DNA of 64,000 nucleotides from Carpediemonas membranifera BICM. Taxonomy: Eukaryota > Protista > Fornicata. Position 1 is the first letter of the stretch, and every line of letters starts with the position of its first letter. Location of the stretch: NCBI GenBank assembly GCA_019828565.1, contig JAHDYR010000005.1, forward strand, positions 335,200 through 399,199, in the 5' to 3' direction. This document shows, in pieces, positions 43,936 through 54,648 of the stretch. Under the pieces are notes generated by a model. It was not told the origin of the DNA. It made no database searches and worked only from the letters and a program-made list of their open reading frames with translations. The translations under genes were made by a program, and so were the position numbers.

Positions 43936-44448
43936 ATGGCAAGCATGAACGCCAATGAGCAAGAAGAGCTAACGCAAGCGACGGCCAAGATCGCAGAACT
44001 CTCCGGAGCTTTGGACAAGCTAAAGGAGCAGCTCGATGACAAGACCGAAGAGAGGAAGCTCAAAACCACCGTGGCTCAGCTTCAGGAGGAGGCAAATCTT
44101 TCCTGGAAACGCCCTGCTTCCCAGTCAATGAAGGAGGAAGCTGAGTTCCTCGAAGACCTCTATCGAGGCTTCAAGTTCGGACGCCTGAACGGCTATGGAT
44201 TGCTCTCGCGCCTGTACCTCCGCCACCGTGTTCTGTGGTGTAAGGACCGGTATGGTTACCTCGTTGGTCTCTCGGTCGCCACTGCCGGCTCGGCGGCCCT
44301 CGCAGAGAAACCCGACATGGGCCCTGAGAAGATTGACAGCGAGGTTGTGTTTAAGACTCTGGCGAAGAACCCGCACCTCAAGGAGCGAACGAGACAGGAC
44401 GAGGATTTTCGGAAGCCGAGGAAACCCAAGAGGGCAAACAATCGGTAA
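43936..44448 (+). CDS. Element H gag-like ORF
   Basis: Clear homology to G gag. Confidence 0.87.
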   Translation: MASMNANEQEELTQATAKIAELSGALDKLKEQLDDKTEERKLKTTVAQLQEEANLSWKRPASQSMKEEAEFLEDLYRGFKFGRLNGYGLLSRLYLRHRVLWCKDRYGYLVGLSVATAGSAALAEKPDMGPEKIDSEVVFKTLAKNPHLKERTRQDEDFRKPRKPKRANNR

Positions 44449-47400
44449 ACCGCCCTCTGTCCAAGATTCATCATCATCATTCATTCCCTCCTCTTCATCC
44501 ATGTCCTCCTCAATCTCCTCCCCCATCGCCTCCTCCCTCTCCCCCACCGTCCCCTCCAACGTCCCCTCACCCATTACCATCCCCTCAGAGCCATCTGATA
44601 GCGCTAGAGACCAATTGCGCGGAAACACGTCCATTCCCGAGCATCAACAAGACGTGGCGGCTCTGGAAGGCATTAGGCGTGCCATCAGAAGTGGTCACGT
44701 GGTTGCGCGACGGCGTACCAATCTCCCTGTTCAGCAGACCGCGGCATCCGAGCCTCCCACCAGTGCGGTCGCAGGACAGGAAAGAATTCCGTCGCCATCT
44801 ACAGACGCTCCTCCACCTCGGAGCAGCAGTGCCGATGCGATCACCGACGCTCGTCTCTCCGATTTTCACCATCCCGAAGTCCCTCGCCGAGACGAGACTG
44901 ATTCACGACCTCAGGTCGCTGAATGCTGTTTCCTCCGAGAACAGGACGTTCAGATTGCACGGGATCAAGAGGGCGCTCGCGACGATTCGCCCGGGCGACT
45001 GGCTCACCAGATTAGACTTAACCAAGGGTTATTATCAGGTTGGGGTCCGCCCCGCCGACAGGACTCTCCTAGGCTTCATTGTGGACGGCAGGCCGTATGC
45101 GTTTTGAGTCCTCCCATTCGGCTGGAAAGCTGCGCCATTTCACTTCCAACGGATAATGCTAGAAGCGGGCGCAGTCGTGGCCAGGAGGTTTCCGGGGGTG
45201 AACATAACCATTTATCTGGACAACTGGCTCTTTTCGGGCCGCAAAGAGATCCTGACGGAGGCAATGCCGAAGATCATCCGCCTCTTGACGGATATGGGCC
45301 TGGTAATCAACAGACAGAAGTCCCAGCTCATTCCTACGCAGTCCACGACGTTCCTTGGCTTCGTGATCGATTCACTCCGCGAGGGGCTGAAGCTAGACGA
45401 GAGCAAGCGTCGGAAGTACCTATCGAGGGTGATAGAAGCCCTGGCATCCGGGCTAACGGAGCACTCGGCTGCCAGGCTCCTGGGGAACCTCAGCTTCGCG
45501 TCGTTGATCTGGCCAGACGGCGTGGCCCAGCTGAGGCCGCTTCAACGCGCTGCCCAGTCACTCAAGCACAAGTACCGAACTCGGATCCACGGCGATGCTC
45601 GGGACGCACTGATAGCGTGGAAGACCCGCTTGGAAAGACCTTCTCCTACGAGATCAACCAGCGAGCTGCTCCATCTCTGGGGTATGTCGCAACAGCTCGA
45701 GGTGACAGTCATGACAGATGCCTCGCTGAGCGGTTTAGGGGGCATAATTCGAGTTCCGGGCCGATCACCGATCCATTTTGCAGAGCCAGCGCCCCAAGGC
45801 GAGCACATAACGCTGTTAGAGTTCAGGGCCATCAACGCAGCCCTGGAGCGCGTAATGCAGAACCACCAAGCAGGCTCCTTCGAGTTGACGGTCTACTGCG
45901 ACAGCAGGGCTGCGGTAGCTTGGCTGAACCGCCAAGGATCCACCAAAGCGCCGCCAGTCGTGGACGAGATCCTCAGAGAGTTACTACCGAGGCTCTCCGA
46001 GTGGCGTATTTCGGTCAGAGCGGTGCACTCGGCAGGACATCTGAACGTCCTCGCCGACTCCCTGTCCAGGAACGATCGGGAGCTCACATCGGTGGAGAGG
46101 GTCATCGGCCGCACCATAGAGGCCTGGGGGCCGCTGGAGAAGGATGCCTGGCCCCTAGAGCTCTTCGGGGCCAAGGCCCTGATGACCCCGGCAGAGATGC
46201 TGGACCGAACATGGTCGGACGGACGGTGGTTCGCAGCGATACCCTTTGGCATGCTGACACATGTCTACGCCAAGGTCTCTCGCCTAGTGAGCAAGACTCC
46301 GCTGACCGACCCGAGGAAGTGCAGGTTAGCGATCATACTTCTCGTCTCCGATGCAAGATCACCAACGGCGATGTCTCTGCGTCATCTAACGCAACATCGC
46401 CTTTACTTCAGGATTCACAGCAACAACGGCGTGGACTTTTCCGAAATAACGCCTCTTCAAGCCGACAAGACATTCCGACTTGTCGCGCTATTCATTCCCC
46501 TGCAATCTTTGAAGGAGCGCTCAGAAGTCCAATGCTAGAGCAGTACTCAATAGCCTATCGGCGCCAGATTGCTGGATCACTTGCGCAATTTGCTTCATTC
46601 CGAGAGCAACATCCGCTCGCTGATCCTATTGACCTTCTCCGCCTATGGGCTGTATCACAAGCTTCATTAGTGACTGGAGATACAATCAAGAAGAAGTTTC
46701 GAGCCATTGAGATGTTCTTCGAGAGGATCGACACATCCTGGTCGCTCCCGGTGGATGGCCGCTCGGTGGTCTTCGGCGTCGCAAGAGAGGCTCTTGGTAA
46801 GAGGCTCGGGCCAGCAGTCCCTATTAGGGCGCAGATGCTTCTAGATCGCCTCGACAGACACCGGGCTAACATCACCACAGTCGGCTCATGGCGGGAGGCC
46901 TTCACGTTCGCAGTGACCGTCTATGCTTCCACGTCGAGGCCGGGCGAGGTCGCATCCCTCACCATGGGTGACATATCCCCCGACTCAGTCGCAAGAGGTC
47001 TCCGCATTCGCATCAGAGGCACTAAGACGAGGCGTGAGAGAGTCGATAAGCTAATACCCCGGATCGACGGGCCCCTGGACCCTGCTGCATGGCTCTCAGA
47101 GCAGGTGGTCTTCCGCATGGACGAGGGCGCTTCGGAGAACGACTCCCTCTGGTCTCTACCCTATCAAGAGATCGTGGTGCTGCTCGAGTTGATCTTGTCG
47201 AAGCACGTGCGACCGCACGGCCTCAGAAGGGGCAGCGCAGCCGACATGGTGCTGGCTGGCATCCCGGCAGAGGTAGTCGCGGCAAAGGGGACATGGGCGA
47301 ACACTTCCTCAATGATCCGCTACATTGAGGATGCCCTCCGGCTAGACTACGAGACATCGGCGAGGCCGATAAAGGTGGCAGTGAGCAGCCACCTTGGGGG

Positions 47401-47476
47401 TTGGCACCCCGGGCCCACAGCTGTTGAGGAGCAACTGGCTGGGTCCCGCCGACCTCCTATCACTGAGGACCCTTGA
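44195..47476 (+). CDS. Element H YR ORF overlapping RT
   Basis: 1093 codons open; SRPGEV, PHGLRRG, KGTW...IRY. Confidence 0.88.
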   Translation: MDCSRACTSATVFCGVRTGMVTSLVSRSPLPARRPSQRNPTWALRRLTARLCLRLWRRTRTSRSERDRTRIFGSRGNPRGQTIGKPPSVQDSSSSFIPSSSSMSSSISSPIASSLSPTVPSNVPSPITIPSEPSDSARDQLRGNTSIPEHQQDVAALEGIRRAIRSGHVVARRRTNLPVQQTAASEPPTSAVAGQERIPSPSTDAPPPRSSSADAITDARLSDFHHPEVPRRDETDSRPQVAECCFLREQDVQIARDQEGARDDSPGRLAHQIRLNQGLLSGWGPPRRQDSPRLHCGRQAVCVLSPPIRLESCAISLPTDNARSGRSRGQEVSGGEHNHLSGQLALFGPQRDPDGGNAEDHPPLDGYGPGNQQTEVPAHSYAVHDVPWLRDRFTPRGAEARREQASEVPIEGDRSPGIRANGALGCQAPGEPQLRVVDLARRRGPAEAASTRCPVTQAQVPNSDPRRCSGRTDSVEDPLGKTFSYEINQRAAPSLGYVATARGDSHDRCLAERFRGHNSSSGPITDPFCRASAPRRAHNAVRVQGHQRSPGARNAEPPSRLLRVDGLLRQQGCGSLAEPPRIHQSAASRGRDPQRVTTEALRVAYFGQSGALGRTSERPRRLPVQERSGAHIGGEGHRPHHRGLGAAGEGCLAPRALRGQGPDDPGRDAGPNMVGRTVVRSDTLWHADTCLRQGLSPSEQDSADRPEEVQVSDHTSRLRCKITNGDVSASSNATSPLLQDSQQQRRGLFRNNASSSRQDIPTCRAIHSPAIFEGALRSPMLEQYSIAYRRQIAGSLAQFASFREQHPLADPIDLLRLWAVSQASLVTGDTIKKKFRAIEMFFERIDTSWSLPVDGRSVVFGVAREALGKRLGPAVPIRAQMLLDRLDRHRANITTVGSWREAFTFAVTVYASTSRPGEVASLTMGDISPDSVARGLRIRIRGTKTRRERVDKLIPRIDGPLDPAAWLSEQVVFRMDEGASENDSLWSLPYQEIVVLLELILSKHVRPHGLRRGSAADMVLAGIPAEVVAAKGTWANTSSMIRYIEDALRLDYETSARPIKVAVSSHLGGWHPGPTAVEEQLAGSRRPPITEDP

Positions 47477-47663
47477 GGGGTTAGTGATAAACGGATGATG
47501 ATGCTAGAGTTGCTGTGGGTCTTTGGGGGACTGGCATATTCATTGGCGACTGGTGCCCTATGGGATATAGACGTAGTCTACCGGACCGTCTGCCCAGTCA
47601 GACGCTCAGGCGCCATCCGCAGAAGAGAGAATTTCAGCGCTCGAAAGTAAGTACGAAGCAGCG

Positions 47664-48146
47664 ATGACGGCCAATGTAGAGCTTCTCACCAAGATCCAGT
47701 ATCTTGAAGAAGAGAACGCCGATCAACAGCTGAAACCCAAAAAGGATGTCGTCGCGAAGGAGTACGAGGCCTGGCAGAAGTTCCTACGCGAGTTCAAGCG
47801 TGATGCAGCCAACCTCCCAGAGGATGCCACCTTTGGAGACCTCATAAGCCTCGTCAAGAACAAGGTTGATTTTCGCCTCGAGTTCCTGCGGCTCGTCGAC
47901 GAGTTTGGCGAGACAACAGCGCACGAGTTCAGCTTCTCGGCAGCAGGCATCAGAGGCCGCAATGCGCTACACGAGGCGGCCATGAAGGCCGCCAAGATCC
48001 GCATTGGTCTGGAGCCCAAGCGAGCCGGCTACCCCCAATCCAGGGGCAACAAGAACAAGACAAGACCGAGATGTTCGTTCTGCGGGCGCCCGAATCACAA
48101 GGAGGATTCTTGTTGGGTCAAGAATCCCGCCTTGAAGCCGCAGTAA
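47664..48146 (+). CDS. Element I gag-like ORF with zinc knuckle
   Basis: VAKEY...RLEFLRL; CSFCGRPNHKEDSC. Confidence 0.85.
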   Translation: MTANVELLTKIQYLEEENADQQLKPKKDVVAKEYEAWQKFLREFKRDAANLPEDATFGDLISLVKNKVDFRLEFLRLVDEFGETTAHEFSFSAAGIRGRNALHEAAMKAAKIRIGLEPKRAGYPQSRGNKNKTRPRCSFCGRPNHKEDSCWVKNPALKPQ

Positions 48147-48152
48147 AAGGGT

Positions 48153-50168
48153 TTGGTTTGCCAGATTTACACAGCTATCCGCGAAAACAGCATGCTATCG
48201 CTTCAAGACTGGGCGTCCCGGTTTGCGAAAGCTTCAGAGGAGAACAAGAAGCCTGTTGTTGGCTCAATCACGCGCTCTGCTGCAGTTTGGGAGCGGATTT
48301 CCCCACCAGCAGAGGTTCTCGCGGCTGTCCGAGGAGTGCGGATCGATACAGATCGAATCCCGACACTCGACGAATACCACGTCCATCCACGGCTGATACA
48401 TCTTCTCAGAGCGGAGATTAACGAGCTACTGGCGAGCGGAGCTGCCCAAAAGGTCGATGAACGGCCGGCAGTCGTGAGCCCCATATTCCTGACCCCAAAG
48501 AGTGACGGGGAGACCTGGAGGCTCATACACGACCTCCGAGGCATTAACGAGCACATAACAGCACGAAAGTTCTCCATGCGCGGCCTACACGAGGTGGCCG
48601 AGACAATGCAGGAGGGAGACTACATGGTAACCATTGACTTCGAGAAAGGCTATTACCAACTTCTGCTGGACCCAGCCGACAGGACCAAGGCCGGATTTGA
48701 ACTTGATGGCAACTGGTACGTGTTTACAGTGCTTCCCTTCGGCCTGTCCACGGCCCCGAGAGCATTTCAATCCGTGTCGAAGTTCGCGGCGAGGTGCATC
48801 GCAAGCAGGCTTAACGTCCGCATCGTCGAACACCTCGATGATTGGATCATCATGCCGCAGAACAAGGACCACCTCAAGGCTATCCTGCCTGGCTTCCTAA
48901 ACCTGCTCACGTCATTCGGCATTGTTGTTAGCCAAAAGAAGGCGAGATGGGTGCCGAGCAGGATTCAGGAGTTCTTAGGCGTCGTAATCGATTCAGCATC
49001 CATGAAGTTCCGCTTAACAGACGAGAAGACGGACAAGTACCGCACTGCGGTTCAAAACCTACTGAAAGAACGCAGATTCTTAGTCAAAGACCTCTACAAG
49101 ACCATCGGGAGGCTCAACTTTGCTGCAACATGCCTAGGACCGGCGGCCCTGGTGCGTTGCCGAGAACTTTCGATCGTCGCCTCCAACATACGAGACGGCT
49201 TCCGCATGGACCGCGACACACTGTCGGAAGCAGCGGTGCAGGACCTCAATTGGTGGGTGGACAAGCTCCGGCGCCCGCCGGCCAGGAAGTTCATCGCCCC
49301 ACAGCCGACAATGCGAGTCGATACAGACGCCTCCGACCACTGGGCTGGTGCGGTCATGTTCACACAGGACTTCTCAACCTGGAAAACCGAGTTCTCCCGC
49401 GAGGAGGCCAAGCTCCACATTACCGCGAAGGAGGCCCTCACAGCGATGTGGGCAGTGACGTCGTTCCTGAGAGGCAGGCCACCCAGCACTGTCTTACTAA
49501 TGACAGACTCCATAGCCGCCAAGAAGTGGACGATCAAGTCGGGCACCAGAGCCCCGGCCATCGTGAGGGCAGAGGCCAGGAGGTTCGCGGACTACATGAT
49601 GGAGGGCGGGCACACACTGGTGGTCCGGCACATACAGGGGCGGCTGAACTGGACGGCCGACAGGCTGTCACGCCCTGGGCCAGGATTCTCCCTCGGAAGA
49701 GAGGTCCCGACACAGCTCCTGCTGGAGATATCACGCCGGTGGGGGGCCCTCGAGCGCGACCTATCGGGGTCGGCGGCAGAAGCCTTCCTCCTCGACTGGC
49801 AAGCAGGACGGTCACTCCTGTGCCCGCCATACAAGATGCTGAACAGAGTCGTACAGCGTCTGCACTCAATCCACACAACAGCCGCAGTGCAGCCCGCGCT
49901 ACAGGCCACGGGGTGCTGTCTGGTGTACGTCGAGGCGAGGGGGTCGAACGCATCAATCGAGATCAGGAGGATGGCCCAAGCACACTTCCAACGGACGTTC
50001 CACAAGCTGTTCCTACAGATCAAGTGGGAGGGCTATTTACAAGAGGAGTCGTCATGGGAGCCCTTCGCAGCCCAGTTGGATGAGCTGCAAGCCCTTGATC
50101 GTTACCTGGAGGAACATCCACAGCTGGCGCAGAAACTACCAGCACAACGCAGAAGGAATGATTACTGA
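48153..50168 (+). pseudogene. Element I RT-RNaseH-MT joined near 50010 to a half chromodomain
   Basis: WRLIHDL, EHLDD (mutated YLDD), TDAS, CPPY; ends IKWEGYLQEESSWEP...ALDRYL. Confidence 0.85.
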
Positions 50169-50519
50169 TGTTGATTAGTGGTCGTTGAGCGAATGCAAGC
50201 CCGTATGACGCCTAAGCGCCAACGCCTCGCATGGGGGAAGGGAATTGGCGAGAACTCGTGAACGAGAGCTCGTTGAAGGCTCTAAGTGTCTTTTTTGGAC
50301 ACCATGTGCCGACAGTAGTATCCGACGAAGCTTATCGCGAGTATTCATGAGGTCGATGTTTTGGCGACCAATTTTGAACGGATCAAATTTTGTTCAGAGA
50401 AACAGAAGGTCCGGGACATGCCACCCTCCGGTTATCCTGTGGGGGAAGTGTGATAGACATTTGATTTTAACTCAATCGACTCAGGACTTTTAAAGACACC
50501 CAACTTGTTTCTCTGCTAA

Positions 50520-53240
50520 GTGTTGCCACAAGTGTTAGCTGCGCTGAATGGTGTGAGCATAGATGCAGATGACGTCCAGGAGGGATATATAACAACATCT
50601 GCTCGGTCCAGGAATGAAGGTCTCCTCAGAAGCGAGATTGACAGCCTCCTGTCGATTGGCGCCATCGTTAGAGTAGAGACGAGGCCAGAGGTCATAGCGC
50701 CGATTTTCCCCCTCCCCAAGACAGATGGCGTGAACTATCGCCTGATACACGACTTAAGAGATGTTAACAGGGAGCTGGAGGTCAGAAAGTTCTCTATGAG
50801 AGGACTCGAGGAGGTGGCGGAGACGATACGCCCCAACGATTTCATGGTAACCATGGACATGAGCAAGGGGTATTACCAACTGCTTCTAGACAAGGAGAGC
50901 TCCCACAAGGCAGGCTTTGAGTTCGACGGGAAGTGGTACGAATTTCGAGCCCTCCCATTCGGCTTTGCCACGGCGCCGAGAATATTCCAGTCAGTCTCCA
51001 AGCATGCGGCCAAGTTCATCGCGAGCAAGCTCGACCTGCGCATCTGTGTCTACTTAGACGACTGGATGGTCCTCGAGCAGGATAAGGAGAAACTGCAGAG
51101 GTTGCTCCCAGACTTCATCAATCTGGCCACCTCACTGGGAATAGTTCTGAATACGGACAAGTCATCATGTATACCTTCGCAAGAGCAGGAATTTCTGGGA
51201 GCCGTCGTCAATTCAAGAGAGATGTGCATCAAACTCACCGAAGCCAAGCGCAAGAAGTACAAGAACGCCGTGGACAACATTTTAAGAGAAAGAAGGCTCT
51301 TTATAAGCGAACTAAGCCGGCTGGTCGGAAGACTGACCTTCACCAAGGTGTGCTGCAGCACAACAGCGCTCATCAGGGTCAGGGAGCTCTGCATCGCCAC
51401 AAGGTCTCAAGAGGAGCAAGAACCCCAGAGCCACTCGAGGATGCCTCTCAGAGGCAGCGATAGCGGACCTTCAGTGGTGGAGCCGCAAGCTGGAGACGAT
51501 CCCGAGCTGCCCGATCAGACCACCCAGGAGCGCCACAATAAGGGTAAAAGGGGAAATGGCATAGACTGGAGGCTTATTCATGACCTAAGACCCGTGAATG
51601 CGGTCATAGAAGCCAAGAAGTTCTCCATGCGCGGACTTGAGGAGGTCCGAGAGACCCTGAGGCCCGGAGATTCCATGGTGGCCCTTGACTTCAAGAGTGG
51701 CTGTCACCAGCTGCTCCTGGACCAGCGAGACAGATACAAGGCAGCGTTCGAACTGGACGGCGTATACTATCAGTTCAACGCCCTCCCGTTCGGACTCTCG
51801 ACAGCGCCTAGAGCGTTCCAGACAGTATCGAAGCACGCAGCCAGGTTCATCGCGAACAGCCTGGACCTGCGCATATGCGTCTATCTCGATGACTGGCTCA
51901 TTATGCATCAGGATCGCGAGGTTCTGAGAGAAAAGCTGCCGCAGCTTATCAACTTGATGACTTCATTCGGCATTGTACTTTCAGCCGTCAGCAGAGAAGT
52001 GCTTATGGCAGCCATCAACGACGCAGGAGTTCCTAGGAGTGGTCGTAGACTCCGTATCCATGTCATTCACTCTAACAGAAGAGAAGAGAGACAAATACAG
52101 CCGAGCAGCAGAACAATTCCTCAGAAACAGGAGATTCACGCTCAAGGAGCTGAAGAAGACCATAGGCCGCATGATATTCACAAAGGCATGCATAGGATAC
52201 GTCGCGCTCGTACGTGTGAGAGAACTAACAATCATAGCCCGGGAGCTAGAGAGGAAGAAGATATGGAGGGCGAAGAGAGCCTCCATCAACCAACACGCCC
52301 TGGAGGACCTACACTGGTGGGCCAAGATGCTCAGGGACCCGAGGGAGCAGGCCCTAATCCCACCAGACTTTCAACACCGAGTGGAGACAGACGCGTCATC
52401 CACATACGCAGGAGCCACAATCTTCAGCCAGACGGGAGCTCAGGCATCGTGGACGAGACGGTTCAACAGACAGGAGCTGCCCCTACACATCACAGCGAAG
52501 GAGGCCCTGGGCGCCATGCTGGCGATCCAAGTCCTGGTGGGCCCGGCCCCCGCATCCTTAATATACGTGTACACAGACAACACAGCTGCACGAAAGTGGC
52601 TCACAAGCTCCAGCACAAGAGCGCCCGTGTCAGTCAGGCGCCAAGCCTGCACACTCCACGACTGTTTAGTATCAAGAGGACACCAACTCGTCGTGAGATA
52701 CCTGCCCGGTCGCCTAAACTGGACCGCAGACGCCTTATTAAGACCAGACGGGGCACAGATCCCACACTGGGTGCCAGACAAAGTACTCAGAGCGATAGCC
52801 CGCAGATGGGGCGCAGTGGACCTGGACCTCACAGAAGCAGGCTTCAGTCTGCTGGAGGCGTCATGGGACGGCAGGATACTGGTGTGTCCGCCTTACAAGC
52901 TGCTCGGTCGGGTCGTGCTGAAGCTAGCACAGCTAACAGTGCGCTCCCCGCACCCACCCGCGCTGCAGCAGAGAGGCTGCGCCCTCATATACGTGGGGAT
53001 CAAACACAACCACAACATCACCATCCGGAAGATAGCTCAGCAAGCTTTCACAGTCAACATCCCCAAGAGGTCAGCACCACGAGAGTGGAGCGCCCTGGCA
53101 GGGCAGAGATCCAGCATCAACGTCCGAGTAGCCTGGATCCCACTCTAAGGGCGGCAGGAGTAGTCGTCACAGCAGACAGGGAACCCCCACTCACCGAGGA
53201 GGCCATTAGACTGTCGCCTCAGTTCACAGCGCTTACGATG
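50520..53240 (+). pseudogene. Two joined I-like RT fragments (50520-51540; 51550-53148) plus start of a YR region (J)
   Basis: RLIHDL and YLDD each occur twice; the second copy continues to RNase H and CPPY. Confidence 0.85.
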
Positions 53241-53499
53241 CCGGCGGCACGGGATGGATGAAAACATCTTGTTGCCTATCTGCGGAGCAGCCGTTGGGAT
53301 CGTACGCAGTGCGGGACCATGCGGATCCCCAGTCGCCCGTCCGCGGGGCGGAGCTTGGCGGCGGAGTGGCGGCCAGACTGAGCGTCCTCCGCCGAATGGC
53401 ATCTCGCGTCGGAGCGCCACGTGCGCCCCGGGGCCCTTGGTGCTCGGTGTGCAGTTTATGGTCAGGCTTATCCTGCACCACAGATTGCGCGAAAAGCCG

Positions 53500-54408
53500 A
53501 TGTCCGTCGAAGAACGTCTGGAAGCACTCGAAAAGAGCAACAAGGAGCAAGAAGAGGAAAATGCTACTCTCAGAGCCGAATTGGACTATCTTCGCGAAGC
53601 ACGCGATGAGCTCGATGATCCTCCGCACTCAGAAGTCATTTTGAAGGAGTTCAAGGCCTGGAACCACTTCTCCACTGAAGTCAAACGGGAAATTATGGCT
53701 TTGGACGAAGAAGCTACGACTGGCGAGGTCTCCCAGTTCATATCCCAGCTGGCGCAGCAGCATGCCAAGCAAGCTAGGTCCGGACCAAGAGGCCCTGCGG
53801 TTCCTATCCGCGCGCACATCATCATAGACCGCTGGGGCTCGGCCACGCCCGAGCAGAGGGCCGACCCCTGCTGGCTGCAGGCCTTCTACTTCGGCGTCAT
53901 CACTTACGTCACGACATCAAGGCCTGGTGAGATCTTCTCGCTGACTCCGGCAGACGTCTCCGGCAGACCAGGTCGCGGTCTGAGGGTCTGCATCCGTCGG
54001 ACTAAGACCGGCATGACGAACGTGTACAAGGTGGTCCCGAGGCTGGGCGATGCCCCCTTCTGCCCGGCCACTTGGCTTCACGCCCATGCTCGTAACCTCC
54101 CTAGTAGCCAGCATCTCTGGCGGGCCCCTGCCAATATCCGAGGAGACCTATCACTGTCGACTGAGGTGTCCTATGCCGTGTTCGAGGACCAGGTTAGGGA
54201 GGTCTTCGGCAAGGTGACGCGATTGCACGGATTCCGCAGAGGATCAGCCGCCGACCTCCTCCTGTGTGGCATCCCAGTAGAGGTTGTCGCCGCGAAGGGC
54301 ACCTGGGCGACGACGGTGAGCCTTATCCGCTATGTGGGCGATACCCTGCGCCTTGATGGCGCCTCCTCCGCAACCCCACTGAGGAGAATGTTTAGAGAAG
54401 AAGAGTGA
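53500..54408 (+). pseudogene. Chimeric ORF: I-like gag N-terminus fused to G/H-like YR
   Basis: VILKEFKAW (gag) then GPAVPIRAH, SRPGEI, LHGFRRG, KGTW...IRY. Confidence 0.8.
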
Positions 54409-54648
54409 TATAGTCGACTATGGCGATTGAGGAGTCGCCGTGGTCGACACCGTTGAGAGTCCCGAGGGACTAACGGTAAATGAGCTGATATCAACTAAGT
54501 TTTGGGTCCGACCGGGACAACCCCATGGTTTTAGAGCAGCGAGACTGCCTAGTCGTCTGCACGTCAGACTGTTCAGGCCCAAGGGAGCCAACGTCAACTC
54601 GGCTAGCGTGGCCGACGGTATTTAGATTCGATTACGATTTGCCGGAGA

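Larger units (their letters stand above)
43829..47604 (+). mobile_element. YR retrotransposon H (G-related), decayed, no A2/B2 found
   Basis: Leader homologous to G A-repeat; gag 43936-44448; RT 44679-46538 with stop at 45105-45107 and YLDN; YR to 47476; B-like motif ~47545-47604. Confidence 0.88.

Noticed and set aside
3817-54408. Bacterial integron, prophage integrases, retron or DGR system
   Set aside because: Each YR is tied to a DIRS-type RT-RNaseH and gag with split repeats; the context is eukaryotic (LINE, gypsy, tRNA without CCA)
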